From Octopus sinensis (taxonomy: Eukaryota): DNA of 64,000 bases. Position numbers and translations under genes: made by a program. The stretch spans positions 9,641 to 73,640 of the forward strand of contig NW_021833455.1 of the NCBI RefSeq assembly GCF_006345805.1. The letters run 5' to 3'. Below, piece by piece: positions 12,557 to 25,749 of this stretch. Position 1 is the stretch's first letter; each line of letters starts with the position of its first letter. The notes beneath the pieces are model-generated. The model had not been told where the DNA came from. It was given only the letters and a program-made list of their open reading frames with translations, and did not search any database.

Positions 12557-13403
12557 TTCAGTATTTACATGCTGAAAAAACTTATCTTTCTACTTGTTCT
12601 CCAATATATTTCAACGCTTCAAAAACAAACTTATGACAAGTTTGAGCAAGTTCACATCTATAACTCTTTCTTTCAATCTTTACTCTTTAATTATTGTGCG
12701 AAGCCCATGGGAAACATTCGGAGTTAATCATGAAGCTATGAGATAATACATGGCTAATTCAAAACAATGTGAATGAATAAGCATTACCATTTGACGGCGG
12801 AATAATTTGAATGCCAAACTGTTAATGAAGCAGAAGAATACTACTTTCTGGTGCAGCTAAGCAAATATTCAAACACTTCTCAAGGGAGAAGAACACAATT
12901 GTCGAAAGTAATTCCTCACTATTCTATTCACAAAAGCTAAATTCTTACTTCGGTCTGTTATGAGGCCAAGGACTCACAAGGGTGGAGCTTGAGCTGGTTT
13001 CAAGGGCATATAAGTGATTCAGATTACAACACTTCCCCTGGATGGGATGCCAGACCTTCACAGGGTTAACTTCCCATCTATTGTTGGAACTGAGTGGGAT
13101 GGGGCAAAGGGGAAATGAAGTGTCTTGCTCAAGAACACAATGTGTGCCACCCAGTCTGGGAATCAAAACCACAATATTACAATCATGAATGCAACAACAA
13201 GACCATGAACCTTCACACTTCCATGTATACACATGTATTTATTAATTAAGAATTAAGCCTCAAAATAATTATTGGTAAACTTTTAATTCCACTCAAGACA
13301 CAAATGAAACATTCATCTAGGATGGCTCAGGGTCTCAAGGATTTGGTTCACCAACAAAGTTTCCTCTATTCTATTTGCACAAATATCATTACAAAAATTC
13401 ATA

Positions 13404-13633
13404 TTAACGCTTTTGATACCAACCCTGCTGAAACCGTCCCTGGCCCTGTAGTACAAATGTCTTGTTTTCATAAGTTCTGAATTAAAATCTTCCACCAAAT
13501 CCTTGTCACAATTTATGTCCCTAACACTAGCTTAATGATAACTAAGTTATTTTACTAAATTCTTTGTTATATTTAAAATTAATTGAAAGAAACAAAGAGC
13601 ATCTCAACAGAAATAGAGTAACAAAAGGGTGAA
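13404..13633. mobile_element. piggyBac-like MITE family 1 (about 230 bp)
   Basis: TTAA-flanked family ends CCCTTT...AAAGGG, slightly degenerate in this copy. The interior is closely similar to copies at 16394, 16647, 43262 and 51588. Confidence 0.85.
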
Positions 13634-13666
13634 TGATGTTACATAGAATAATAAAAAAAATATTAC

Positions 13667-13800
13667 CTCTAAATTAAATAAATCAGGAAACTCTAGTCGT
13701 AACTGCATCCAATCTTTGGGAGGTTTCTGAGATGAAGGGGAAGTCGACAAATGAAGAAGCTTCTGTCGTGACAATTTGCATTTCAGTTTTTCTTGGGAAG
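13667..13800 (-). CDS. Host gene exon: (S)SQEKLKCKLSRQKLLHLSTSPSSQKPPKDWMQLRLEFPDLFNLE
   Basis: Acceptor ccaattttgtag|CT, donor GAG|gtaata. 134 nt, phase 1 to 0, compatible with both neighbours. Confidence 0.75.
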
Positions 13801-14170
13801 CTACAAAATTGGAAGCAGAATTTTTAGAACATTCAGAAAAAATACCCAAGCATGAAATCCAAATTGTATCCATAAAAGCAGGGATTATCCCTGTCTGTGT
13901 GCGTTGCGAAGGGTGTAATGCGTTTCAATGTAAGTTATCCTAGATTTTTTTATTCTTTTACTCGTTTCAGTCATTAGACTGTGGCCATGCTGGGGCACCA
14001 CCTTGAAAAATTTTTAGTTGAATGAATTAACCCCAGTACTTTTAAAACCTGGTACTTATTCTATCAGTCTCTTTTGTCAAACCGCTAAGTTATAGGGGCA
14101 TCAACACACCAACACCGGATGTCAAGCGGTGGGGGGAGGTAGAGTCAAAGACACACATAGACATAGTTAG

Positions 14171-14367
14171 GCACAGGAGTGGCTGTGTGGTAAGTAGCTT
14201 GCTTACCAACCACATGGCTCCAGGTTCAGTCTCACTGTGTGGCACCTTGGGCAAGTGTCTTCTACTATAGCTTCGGGCCAGCCAAAGTCTTGTATGTGGA
14301 TTTGGTAGACGGAAACTGAAAGAAGCCCGTCGTATATATGTATGTATATATATATATATAATATATA

Positions 14368-14398
<31 letters not shown>

Positions 14399-14399
14399 G

Positions 14400-14444
<45 letters not shown>

Positions 14445-14445
14445 G

Positions 14446-14476
<31 letters not shown>

Positions 14477-14667
14477 TTGTCTCCCCAACATCGCTTGACA
14501 ACCGATGCTGGTGTATTTACATCCCCGTAACTTAGCGGTCCGGCAAAAAAGGCCGATAGAATAAGTACTAGGCTTACAATGAATAAGTCCTGGGGTCAAT
14601 TTGCTCGACTAAAGGCGGTGCTCCAGCATGGCCGCAGCCAAATGACTGAAACAAGTAAAAGAGTAAA
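14171..14667 (+). mobile_element. tRNA-derived SINE family B, full length, with internal (TA/TG)n microsatellite
   Basis: Head GGAGTGGCTGTGTGGTAAG...GGTTCAGTC, CORE-like CCTTGGGCAAGTGTCTT, internal microsatellite, tail CAGCATGGCCGCAGCCAAATGACTGAAACAAGTAAAAG. Probably one of the described octopus SINE families, not assigned without alignment. Confidence 0.9.
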
Positions 14668-14685
14668 GGAATACATACATGTCTA

Positions 14686-14709
14686 CATATATATATATTT
14701 ATATCTATC

Positions 14710-14773
<64 letters not shown>

Positions 14774-14800
14774 ATCTATCTATCTATATATATATATATA

Positions 14801-14835
<35 letters not shown>

Positions 14836-14844
14836 ATCTATCTA

Positions 14845-14881
<37 letters not shown>
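14686..14881. repeat. Compound (TA)n/(TATC)n microsatellite
   Basis: Direct inspection. Confidence 0.95.
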
Positions 14882-14886
<5 letters not shown>

Positions 14887-14924
14887 GCTTCTTTCAGTTT
14901 CCGTCAACCAAATTCAACCTTTAA

Positions 14925-15340
14925 CTCTGGCGGCGAACTGGCAGAAACATTAGCACACCAGGCGAAATGCTTAGCAGTATTTCGTCTGCTGCTATGTTCT
15001 GAGTTCAAATTCCGCCAAGGTCGACTTTGCCTTTCATCCTTTCGGGGTCGATAAATTAAGTACCAGTTACGCACTGAGGTCGATATAATAGACTTAATCC
15101 GTTTGTCTGTCCTTGTTTGTTCCCTCTATGTTTAGCCCCTTGTGGGCAGTAAAGAAATAAGAAACGTTAGCACGCTGGGCGAATGCTTAGCGGTGTTTCG
15201 TCTGTCTTTAGGTTCTGAGTTCAAACTTTGCCTTTCATCCATTCGGGGTCGATAAGTTAAGTACCAGTTGTGTACTGGAGTCGATCTAATCGACTGGGCC
15301 CCCTCCCCCAAAATTTTGAGCCTTGTACCCTGAATAGAAA
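14925..15340 (+). mobile_element. Two tandem SINE family A copies
   Basis: The family A head and core occur twice. Confidence 0.85.
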
Positions 15341-16393
15341 AGGCTATCAACAGGACAGAGGAAAAGCAAGGTAGATAACTCTTACAATATTGCAATTACA
15401 CCCCTTTGCAACTATTCTTCATAAAGTCAGAGAAAACCAACAGCGACTTTTGGAATCAACGGGACCTGTTCACCGTGAAGTAGAAATGGGACACTACATA
15501 CAGAAGTCTTCCACTTCAAAACAGATCTCTCTTCTCCTCTTTAACAGCAAATTGTAGTCTCTTTTGTGCGAACTTTTTACTTCATGCATTTACAACAGAA
15601 ATTAATTATTTCTGTCACAAAATCAGTTAAAAATCCCTTGATAAACCCTTCACTAAATACCAACAGATAAGAAGGACAATAAACTATACTACTGAACAGA
15701 AAACTGAAAGATATAGCAATAACATGCTCTGTCATTCAATCTGCTAAAGATAGTAGCTAAATTGCTCTCAAATCATACCCAACCATATTTAAGAAATAAA
15801 AAAAAAGGCCACACTAGATGACAACAGGGGTACTAGAAATAGCAGATCACATCCTAACATCTTTTTTTGAGTAACTGGATTTAGACGATTTATATTTCAT
15901 ATTAAACCCAAATAATTTGTAGTAAGAGTTGGCTACAATGCAATGCAGCAGATGTTGTGATACCCTCTGCTCTGAGTTCAATTCCAACTGAAGTCAACTT
16001 TGCCTTTCATGTCTTGGGAACAATCAATTACCAACCAAAACAGTGTGGTGGTGGAATAGCAAGAGGATTGGTAAGAGGCTTTGTGGTGTGAGGTTTCTCC
16101 TGGCTCTTTGAGTTCTGATAGCAAATCCTGCAATGACGCTGAAGCCAAGAAGCACTGGACCATGTCAGCAGTGAGAAGAAAGAGACTTGCATGAATGAGC
16201 AACTGTTTCTCTTTCAAAAAAAAAAAAGGCGAACCTTGACCGATGCCTAATGAAAGAATCTTGACACATGCACTTGTATATAAAAAAAACTATATGGACT
16301 AAGCCAGGTATGAGTTTGTTTTTGTTTTTTGAGAAGCAGGCTGCATAAGACATGATTCATTATCAAGGGTGGGGGCCACACTCGCCAAAAGCT

Positions 16394-16857
16394 TTAACTT
16401 TCATTTGTTACCAACCTGGCTGAAACCAGCTCTGGCTCTGGGTGCAAATGTCTTGTTTTCATAAGTTTTGAATTAAAATCTTCCACCAAATTTCAGTCAC
16501 AATTTATGTTCCTGACACTAGCTCAATGATAACCAAGTTATTTTACTAAATTCTTTGTTATATTTAAAGTAATTGAAAGAAACACAGAGCATCTCAACAG
16601 AAATATGATAACGAAAGGGTTAAAATATACAATAGAGACACAATTCTTAACCCTTTTGATACCAACCTGTCTGAAACTGCTTCTGGCTCTGAGTACAAAT
16701 GTCTTGTTTTCTAAAGTTCTGAATTAAAATCTTCCACCAAACCTTAGTTACAATTTATGTTCCTAACACAAGCTTAATAATAATTCTTTGTTATGTTTGA
16801 AGTAATTGAAAAAAGCAGAGAGCATCTCAAAAAAAAATACAGTAACGAAAGGGTTAA
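16394..16857. mobile_element. Two adjacent piggyBac-like MITE family 1 copies (16394-16623 and 16647-16857)
   Basis: TTAA|CCCTTTTGATACC ... GTAACGAAAGGG|TTAA. Confidence 0.85.
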
Positions 16858-17053
16858 TCATGTTATCAGAAAGTTCTGCTGGCCACAGTTTGCACAGAAT
16901 TGAATTAAACAATATGAGGGAAAAGCATATTTGAAAGGTGCCACATCAGAGTTATTTTGAATTCTTAAATTATCTGGTAATTTTCATTATATTTTCATTA
17001 AGGAGTAAGTGTTAATTAGGAGTTGTGTGAAGTGCTTGAAAACTGTTTCTTAC

Positions 17054-17186
17054 AAATTTCGGGCAAAATATCATTCATCAAATGAAGAACATCTGTCAAA
17101 GAATGGTATTTATTTTCTTTTACATCTCCAAAGAAAACAGATCTGGAACTATTGACACAACCAGCTGATCTGGGCCCATTACACTT
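17054..17186 (-). CDS. Host gene exon: KCNGPRSAGCVNSSRSVFFGDVKENKYHSLTDVLHLMNDILPEI
   Basis: Very strong acceptor tttttttcttctatttccag|AAG, donor TTT|gtaaga. 133 nt, phase 0 to 1. The other two frames are closed. Confidence 0.72.
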
Positions 17187-17438
17187 CTGGAAATAGAAGA
17201 AAAAAAAGGAAAGAAAGAAAAAACATAAATATGTTGTACATAGAAAAGCATAACAAAATATCAGTTGTAAGCCAAATGTTTCTAAGATTTAAGAATTAAT
17301 TATGATAATTAAGGATAGAGGAGAGGATTACAGTGAAAATTTCAGCAAAACTAAGAACAAAAGTTCCGGATAGTTCTATGAAAGAGGAACTTGCAGAAAG
17401 TGCTTGTGGTCGACAAAAAGAAAAACAATTACATTTTC

Positions 17439-17511
17439 ATTCTGGGTCGGATCATTATTATAGGTTGAAGGAGATTCTGGGTCGGACCATTATTATAGGT
17501 TGAAGGAGATT
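17439..17511 (+). repeat. 35-bp tandem duplication
   Basis: ATTCTGGGTCGGA(T/C)CATTATTATAGGTTGAAGGAG occurs twice. Confidence 0.9.
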
Positions 17512-17799
17512 AGAGGGAGGTTTTTAAAGATGGAAAACACAAGACTGAAAAAGGGACACGGTTCTTTTTATTCATTAGTATTTGAAGTACATTAGTGAGA
17601 ATGTTTGTCTATTGGGTGAAAAGATTTTTATTGCAAATGGTATATCTCGAAAAGCATTATAGAATGTCGACTTCTTTCAGAGTTAATGTAATTCCTGAAT
17701 TTGATGAGAATGGAAATATAGCCTTATTTACAAAGTTTTTAGAATTGTTTGGTATTAACCTGAGAAACTCCACATTCAGAGTTTTAATATTAATAGACT

Positions 17800-18200
17800 C
17801 AAAGCTGGCAAAGTAGCAGAATGGTTAGCATGCTGGACAAAATGATTAGCAGCATTCCATCAGAGTTGTTATGTTTTGAGTTCAAATTTTGCTGAGGTTA
17901 TCTTTACCTTTCATCCTTTCGGGGTCAATGAAATAAGTACCAGTTGAAAACTGGGGTCGATGTAATCAACTTAACTCTCCCCTAAAATTACTGTCCTTGT
18001 GCCAAAATTTGAAGCCAACTTTAATAGACTCTAAGGTGGGGAGTTAGCAGAGTCGTCTGCATGCCATGCTTGGTAGCATTTCATCTAGTTTTATATGTTC
18101 TGAGTTCAAATTTTGCCAAGGTAGACTTAGCCTTTCTCCTTCTTGGGGTCGATAAAATAAGTACCAGCTGAGTACTTGGGTTGATCTAATCAATTTACAC
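17800..18200 (+). mobile_element. Two degenerate SINE family A copies
   Basis: The family A core occurs twice. Confidence 0.75.
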
Positions 18201-18566
18201 TGTCCATTTGCTGTCAAACCATCAAACCCATGCCGGCATGGAAAACAGACGTTAAACGATGGTGATGGGAGAGGAGACGCAGGGCAGCAGCATGCAGAGA
18301 GGACTGTGAGTTGTTTCGAGGTATAAATGAAGTTGGAAAATGTTTCTAAACAATTGAGCAGACTTTGAAACGACTCTTTTGACACAATTACTAAAATATT
18401 TCTCTGAACATGGGAAGTACAATTAACTAACTGAAAATAACAGACTAATAAAGTGGAGCCTGATCAGCTGACAGCTCGTTTGGTTTGGAATTCCTTTCTA
18501 AATATTCTTTTTTTATATGAATATAACAACAATGGCAAAATAATTATCTTTGTTACAAGATACTTT

Positions 18567-18971
18567 GGATCTTTTCGGTTTGACCGGCAGTTTTTTCTAG
18601 GGGTGTCATATGAAATTGTCACCCATAATTATGACCCTAGTATCGATCTATTGCATTTCAATCTGTTTTAGGGGTGGGGGTGGGGTATCTTTTTTTCTTC
18701 ACAAATGTAAATAAACTTAATCTGTTTCTTAAACGTGGGACATATTCATACTGCACAGAATGTTTTCAACTCAATAGACGTCATTGATTGGTTGAAATTG
18801 CAGAAATTGAAGAAGAAAAAACAACAAATATCTTACAAACGATAGAATTTTCTCAAGAAAGCCAAGAGAAAAAGATGTTTTATAAACACATTCTACCAGT
18901 ATACGAAGTTTAAAAGTGTTTAGTTACGTGGAAATTATTTTTAAAAACTGCCGTTCAAACCGAAAAGATCC
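18567..18971. mobile_element. MITE copy 2 (same family as 2225-2624)
   Basis: Same TIRs. Flanks GATACTTT / GCTACTTT look like an 8-bp TSD with one mismatch. Confidence 0.9.
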
Positions 18972-19177
18972 GCTACTTTTATTGTATACGAAAGGGCAGA
19001 AAGCTGTTAATTTTAAAATAAAATTTCCATCATTTCTGGAAATAGTAGAGAGAGAAAAAAACGCAATATTTCATTATAGACATTGAGATGGCTTTTTTCT
19101 GTCATTTCTTTGAAGAGTTATTTCCCTTAGTTTGTATATTTTTTTAATGCACAAACAAGAATTATTTAATATCTTTT

Positions 19178-19562
19178 ATTCTTTTACTTGTTTCAGTCAT
19201 TTGACTAAACAAATCGACCCCCCAAGACTTATTCTTTGTAAGCCTAGTACTTATTCTATCAGTCTCTTTTGCCGAACCGCTAAGTAAACACACCAACATC
19301 GGTTGTCAAGTGATGGTGGGGGGTACAAACATAGACACACAAACATATACATACATATACACAGATATATACATACATACACACACAGATATATATATAC
19401 ACGACGGGCTTCTTTCAGTTTCCTTCTATCAAATCCACTCACAAGACTTTGGTCGGCCCGAGGCTATGGTTCAAGACACTTTCCCAAGGTGCCATGCAGT
19501 GGGACTGAACCCAGAACCATGTGGTTAGTAAGCAAGCTTCTTACCACATTGCCACTCCTATG
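19178..19562 (-). mobile_element. SINE family B
   Basis: Reverse complement of the 14171-14667 architecture. Confidence 0.9.
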
Positions 19563-19714
19563 CAAAACATTAATTTTAATTTTGTCTGGACACGAACTGA
19601 TGTTTTCTAATCAACACCAATATATTGCTGACACTTACCACCGTCAAGAGAACACAATAAGTGTAATGAGAATGGTTTCAATTAAAGCAATCAGGAATCA
19701 ACATCCTCATCATT

Positions 19715-19945
19715 ATCACCAACGTTTAACGTCCGTTTTCCACGATAGCATGGGTTGGACGGTTTGACTGGGGTCTAGGAAGCCAGGAGGCTGCACCAGG
19801 CTCCATTCTGATCTGGCAGTGTTTCTACAGCTTGATGCCCTTCCTAACGCCAACCACTCCGTGAGTGCTTTTTACGTGCCACCGGCACAGAAGCCAGTGC
19901 TGGCATTGACCACGTTCAGATGGTGCTTTTTATGTGCCACAATTT
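19715..19945 (-). mobile_element. RTE 3'-tail fragment
   Basis: Matches the reverse complement of 29300-29518. Confidence 0.85.
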
Positions 19946-21651
19946 CCATTTGATTTTCATATTGATGTTGATGTACTTGACTCAATAGGTCTCCTCAAGC
20001 ACAGTAGGTCGCCCTACGATCCAAGGTACTTTTGAATGGGCTGGAGCTGGTTATGTGAAACTGGTGTAGGATATAGACATGAACTCACTTTATTTGCCGG
20101 ATCTTTACAGTCACAGCATATCACCAGAGGTCTCGATCTTTCGTCATTGTCTCTGTGAGGCCCAGCATTAAAAAAAAAAACCATAACTTCGGCATCTATT
20201 CCTCTGTCAAATTAGATATGATCAGTAATGTTCACTAAAGGTGGGCAGTGAGAGTATCCTTCACCAAACATGAATCAGAATTCCTTAGGAACTTAGTAAC
20301 TAGTTGTCAACAACTATAATATTGAAACTATTGAGGGGGGAGGGGGAAAGGATAGGAGTTTCTTCCCCCAGTTCTAAGTTTATTGAATAATTACCAAGAT
20401 GAAACATTAAACAAATAGATGCAAGAAGTGATCCTAAATCAATGTAAAAGACAACTGAAAACATGAGTGTAACCTGTACGTAAACAGACGTTGTATTCAG
20501 CATTGTTTAATGTCTGCTTTTCCATGCTTGCATAAGTCAGATAAAATTTGTTGAGCAGATTTTCTACAGCTGGATGCCCTTTCTGCTGCCAACATTTACC
20601 TGTTTACAAGGAAGGTAACACACAAATCTTCATATCCAACTTAATGTGGGTGCCTTGTTAGAACACAAAATACTGCAGTATTAGCCTTGGAGAGGTCTTC
20701 TCATATAGGTGCACGGTACATAAAAGCAGGCATAAATTTTGGCAGACAAGAATCATCTGTTATGAGTACTGGAAATGCCAGATCAGGTGATTTCAGTTTA
20801 CTGTTATATCTTCAGTGGCAGGTATCTGGTCACTGCATACCAGCCAAATTTTGCTGCCATTATACATAGAATTTCTATGTCTTTTCAAAAGACAATCTTT
20901 TATATGTCATAGAATGCTAAATACTGTGATATTAGTATCAAGAGGTCCTTTCATACAGGTACAGGGTGCATAAAAGAACCATGTCTGTGTGTGTGATATG
21001 CTTCCTTCAGTTTCCATCTACCAAATCCACTCACAAGGATTTTCTGGACATGGACCTATAGAAGAAGACATGCTCAAGGTGCCACAGAATAGAATTCAAC
21101 TCCAGAGTTCTAGGTTGTGCTTTCAACTGTAGCAGGTTATTATAACTGACAGCAGAGGAAACATTCATCTCAAGACCAGAGATGTTGTTCCGGTTCATTT
21201 GAGGAATTTCTAGTCTGAAACAAGTCTTGATACAGCAAAACAATAACTGTATGCTCATCAGAAAGGCTAAATTGAATGATTTATTAAGCAAATAATTCTC
21301 TCTCCGTGGAAGTGTTAGACTATTTGGATGCAATATTCTAAACAGCTGCCATTTGTGGGTAATTTAAATCTGGAACTGGAGGCATTGACAAAGAAAGGAA
21401 ATTGTTTAAGTTAAGACATTAGTGAGAAGCAAAAATCAAATATTAGTATCGCCATCTCTTGCTGTAAAATATTTCTCTGCCAACAGATAATTAAACGAAT
21501 TGATGACTACAGTTTCAAATTAAATCTGTAATAAGATTTACTCTCTCCAAAACGAATAAATTTTGTGAGAAAAGCATGAATTCTTTTGGCATCAACATGT
21601 TCTGTTTCAAAAAGTCAAACATTTTGGTTACTAGATTAGATTAAATAAACT

Positions 21652-22025
21652 TTTATTCTTTTTCTGGTTTCAGTCATTAGACAGTGGCCATGCTGGGGCA
21701 CTGCCTCGAAGAATTTTTTAGTCAAAATCAACCTCAGTAATTATTCTTTTAAAACTTGGTACTTATTCTATTGGTGTTTTTAGCAGAACCCCTAAGTGAC
21801 AGGGACATAAACACACCAACACTGGATGTCAAGTGGTGGTGGTGGTGGCAGAGAGTGGGGGACAGACACACACACATACGATGGACTCCTTCAGCTTCTG
21901 TCAACCAAATCCAGGCTTTGGTCAGCCTGAGGCTATCGAAGAAGACACTTGCCCAAGGTGCCACGCAGTGGAACTGAACCTGGAACCATTTGGTTGGGAA
22001 GCAAACTTCTTACTTCACAGCCAAT
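21652..22025 (-). mobile_element. SINE family B
   Basis: Family B tail, microsatellite and head. Confidence 0.85.
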
Positions 22026-22996
22026 GTAAAACAGATTTTTACTCTTTTCAAAAAGAACAAATTTTGTGAGAAAAGCATGAATTCTTTTGGCATCAACATA
22101 TTCTGTTTCAAAAGGTCAAACATTTTGGTTGCTAGATTAGATTAAATAACCTTTAACCAACCAATCAAACAATGGTAATACATCATACTAAAGAACCAAA
22201 AATAAATACATAAAGTTTTAAGATTTTTTTCTTCTTTCTTTTAGTTAAGAATTGCAGTTGATAGGAAACTGGTGCAAACTCCATGCAAGGCAAAGAGTAC
22301 AGAAAATGGTGAGAGGGAACTTGTGGCAGGTTGAGAGGAAGGTAGCAAAATAACAGGATATAAGTGATGTGTAGCACAGATAGAGTAAGAATACTCATTA
22401 CACACACACACACACACACACAATAAAGAAAGTAGTTGATAGTAGCTGTTGCCTAAGTGACCTAATTAGTACTGGAAGTTAAATACAGTGAAAGTAGAGC
22501 AGCTACAGTATAGGTGGAAGGAAGTTCAGGAACTGATGCCTCTGTAGGTAATAAAAAGTTTCCTTTTCCCAGAAGAAAGTAATCTGTACAAAATATAGGG
22601 GGCAGTTATTGATTTTGAATGTGTAACATCTACAGACTGAGCAATGTTGAAGTGAAATGTGTGAAGCAGTGGCTAAATTTGTAGAGAACATGGAATATAT
22701 CAAGTCTGGCAACACATGGGAAAGGGATGCCAGCTGGTCTGATGATATTGAATCAAAACTCTGTGAAACTAAACAAGAATGATACGTAATCCTTTGTGAA
22801 TCGTGATGGGTTTAAGTCTAGATTCAATTTACTGTTTTTAAGAGACCATTGATCAGTGTACAACTGTGACAAATATAGAGCATGAATGTTGTGTGAAATA
22901 GAGCTACATTGATTATTTAAGAGATAACTTAAGCAAGATATTCTAGAAGGAAGTGATAAGGTAGGTCAATCTGAAGATACAGGTCTCTATTTAAGA

Positions 22997-23445
22997 GATG
23001 AGGAATTATGTACATTATTTACATTTGATAGATGTTTGTCCTCATCTTGTTTGTTATTAGCACAACATTTTGGCTGGTATACCTTTCAGCCTTCATCAGG
23101 TGTCTTGGGGAAATTTCAAACCTGGGTTCTCATTCCTAAGGTATTTTTCGATATTATTATTATTATTATTATTAATATTATTATTATTCAGGTCATTGCC
23201 TGGAATCGAACTCAGAATCTTGGGATTAGTAGCCTGTGCTCTTAACCACTACGCCATATGCCCATGGACGGTATATCAGCCAAAACGTTGTGTTAACAAC
23301 AAACAAGATCATCATCATCATCATCATTGTTTAACATCCGCCTTCCATGCTAGCATGGGTTGGACGGTTTGACCGAGGGCTGGCGAACCAGATGGCTGCA
23401 CCAGGCTCCAGAAGACAAAAATCTATCAAATGTAAATAATGTATA
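22997..23445 (-). mobile_element. tRNA-head / hammerhead-tail element, locus 1, with its inverted tail interrupted by an RTE tail (23310-23410)
   Basis: Unit 22997-23262 is homologous to 38305-38530 and 55504-55746. Plus-strand tail pieces at 23266-23309 and 23411-23445. Confidence 0.85.
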
Positions 23446-23784
23446 TCTGAAGATGTTAGGCCTCAGTGACAATTTGATAAGCTGTGGCATGCTGCTCAGT
23501 AGATCTGTCCAACCCATTACAACATGCATTAAAAAAGTGACTAAAATAAATATAAAAGTCTTGCAATTACAAACAATAAAAACACAAAGAAAAAGAAATC
23601 AAAATAACTAAACCCCAGTTCTTACACGAGTTTAGAACCTATCTATCGTTAGCGTCCACTCGTTATAATTAGGTGCCATCCACACTCGGCTAATTGAGTA
23701 TTAGGAATCTCCATTTGGATCTTTTCTCTGCCATTCTTATACATTCACCGTACAGTTTAGTCCAGTCCTTGGTGTAATCAAACC

Positions 23785-24025
23785 ATCATCATCATCATCG
23801 TTTAATGTCCGTTAGCATGGGTTGGATGGTTCGACCGGGGATCTGGGAAGCCAGGAGGCTGCACCAGGCTCCAGTCTGATCTGGCAGTGTTTCTACAGCT
23901 GGATGCCCTTCCTAACGCCAACCACTCCATGATTCAGATGGTGCATTTTACGTGCCACCGGCACGGAAGCCAGTCAAGACAGCGCTGGCATCGGCCACGA
24001 TTCGGATGGTGCTTTTTACGTGCCA
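23785..24025 (-). mobile_element. RTE 3'-tail fragment
   Basis: (CAT)n then GTTTAATGTCCG...GGATGCCCTTCCTAACGCCAACC...GTGCCACCGGCAC. Confidence 0.9.
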
Positions 24026-24207
24026 CAACCAGTTGGTTCTAAATTTTTTCGAGCATATGGTATTTATCTTTCCTTCCAGTAAGGGTTTCTGTGCACCTTG
24101 TGCTCTTACTGATATGACCAGAGTATTTTAGCTTCCTTTTTTCTCTTCTCTCTTTTTTTTTTAATGATCTTTTTTGTATTTGTCAATCACAGAAAATTCT
24201 GTACAAA

Positions 24208-24371
24208 GCGCAGGAATGGCTGCGTGGTAAGTAGCTTGCTTACCAACCACATGATTCCGGGTTCAGTCCCACTGCGTGACATCTTGGGCAAGTGTCTTCT
24301 GCTATAACCTCGGGCCAATCAAGGCCTTGTGAGTGGATTTGGTAGACGGAAACTGAAAGAAGCCTGTCGTA

Positions 24372-24418
<47 letters not shown>
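24208..24418 (+). mobile_element. SINE family B, 5' half (3' half at 29519-29740), split by the RTE insertion
   Basis: Head and CORE-like region end in (TA)n. The tail half resumes right after the RTE (GAT)n tail. Confidence 0.85.
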
Positions 24419-24423
<5 letters not shown>

Positions 24424-25577
24424 TATTTATCTAATGTTTATTTATCGACAATGCCGTCCCCAGTCAAATTCCCTCACACCGCTTATTGTCACGTGTCCCT
24501 TGACCTCTCTCTCTAACTAACCCTATCTCTCTCTCTCTATGTCCCCCCTTCCCATAACCATCATCGCCATGGTTCTCTATGCCCCCCCCCTTCCCAAAAC
24601 CATCATCGCCATATATAAAAGAGCGATCGCATTTATCGTTAACCCCACTCGCTTCAAAATATCTAAAGAATACGCACAGATCATGAATGGCTGAAAGTTT
24701 AGTGAATCGTCCAACCTCGCTACGACTACCTTCTTTCTTGCACTTATATTCTTATTCTTTCTCTATTCTTCAATTTCCATCTCATTGTATTGTCCCTCAT
24801 TCTTTCAGTATTCCCTCATTACCCTGTCTAGCTCAAACATTTTTTTTCGTTTAGACTTGTCTACAGGTTCATAGCCACTCTGATTTTTCAATTTTTCGTT
24901 TAGTGTTGTCTCCCGATTCATACAAACCCATTTGCTAGCTCATACGATTAACAGAACCTCTTTACTCAGACACGGTGTTATATTAGCTATCAATAATGAT
25001 ATTCCCTCTGATTTTTCTGATTTTCAAACCTATTTATCTAATTTATTTATCGACAATGCCGTCCCCAGTCAAATTCCCTCACACCGCTTATTGTCACGTG
25101 TCCCTTGACCTCTCTCTCTAACTAACCCCTCTCTCTCTCTCTATGTCCCCCCTTCCCATAACCATCATCGCCATGGTTCTCTATGCCCCCCCCTCCCAAA
25201 ACCATCATCGCCATATATAAAAGAGCGATCGCATTTATCGTTAACCCCACTCGCTTCAAAATATCTAAAGAATACGCACAGATCATAAATGGCTAAAAGT
25301 TAAGTGAATCGTCCAACCTCGCTACAACTACCTTCTTTCTTGCACTTATTCTTATTCTTTCTCTATTCTTCAATTTCCATCTCATTGTATTGTCCCTCAT
25401 TCTTTCAGTATTCCCTCATTACCCTGTCTAGCTCAAACATTTTTTTTCGTTTAGACTTGTCTACAGGTTCATAGCCACTCTGATTTTTCAATTTTTCGTT
25501 TAGCGTTGTCTCCCGATTCATACAAACCCATTTGCTAGCTCATACGATTAACAGAACCTCTTTACTCAGACACGGTG
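24419..25577 (+). repeat. Tandem duplication of an approximately 600-bp unit (24419-24977 and 25026-25577)
   Basis: Near-identical copies, each containing GCCATATATAAAAGAGCGATCGC. Confidence 0.95.
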
Positions 25578-25749
25578 CACCCGCCCTCCCACCCCCACCA
25601 CGCATGCCGGAAGTTCCTATTCTCTGCCATTCCGGGGTTGCTTCCCATGAAGACTGCAAATGTTCTCACCATCCCTACCCCTCCCTACCCCTAGTCTCGA
25701 CCTATGTAAGGTAATGTTCATACAGTGCAAAATATGAAAGGCTAGCGTT

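Noticed and set aside
13604-13935. Apparent +1 frameshift (TTT TTC TGA) joining an upstream frame to ORF 13604-13873
   Set aside because: A good acceptor at 13801 gives a phase-compatible exon without any frameshift, so the upstream part is intron.
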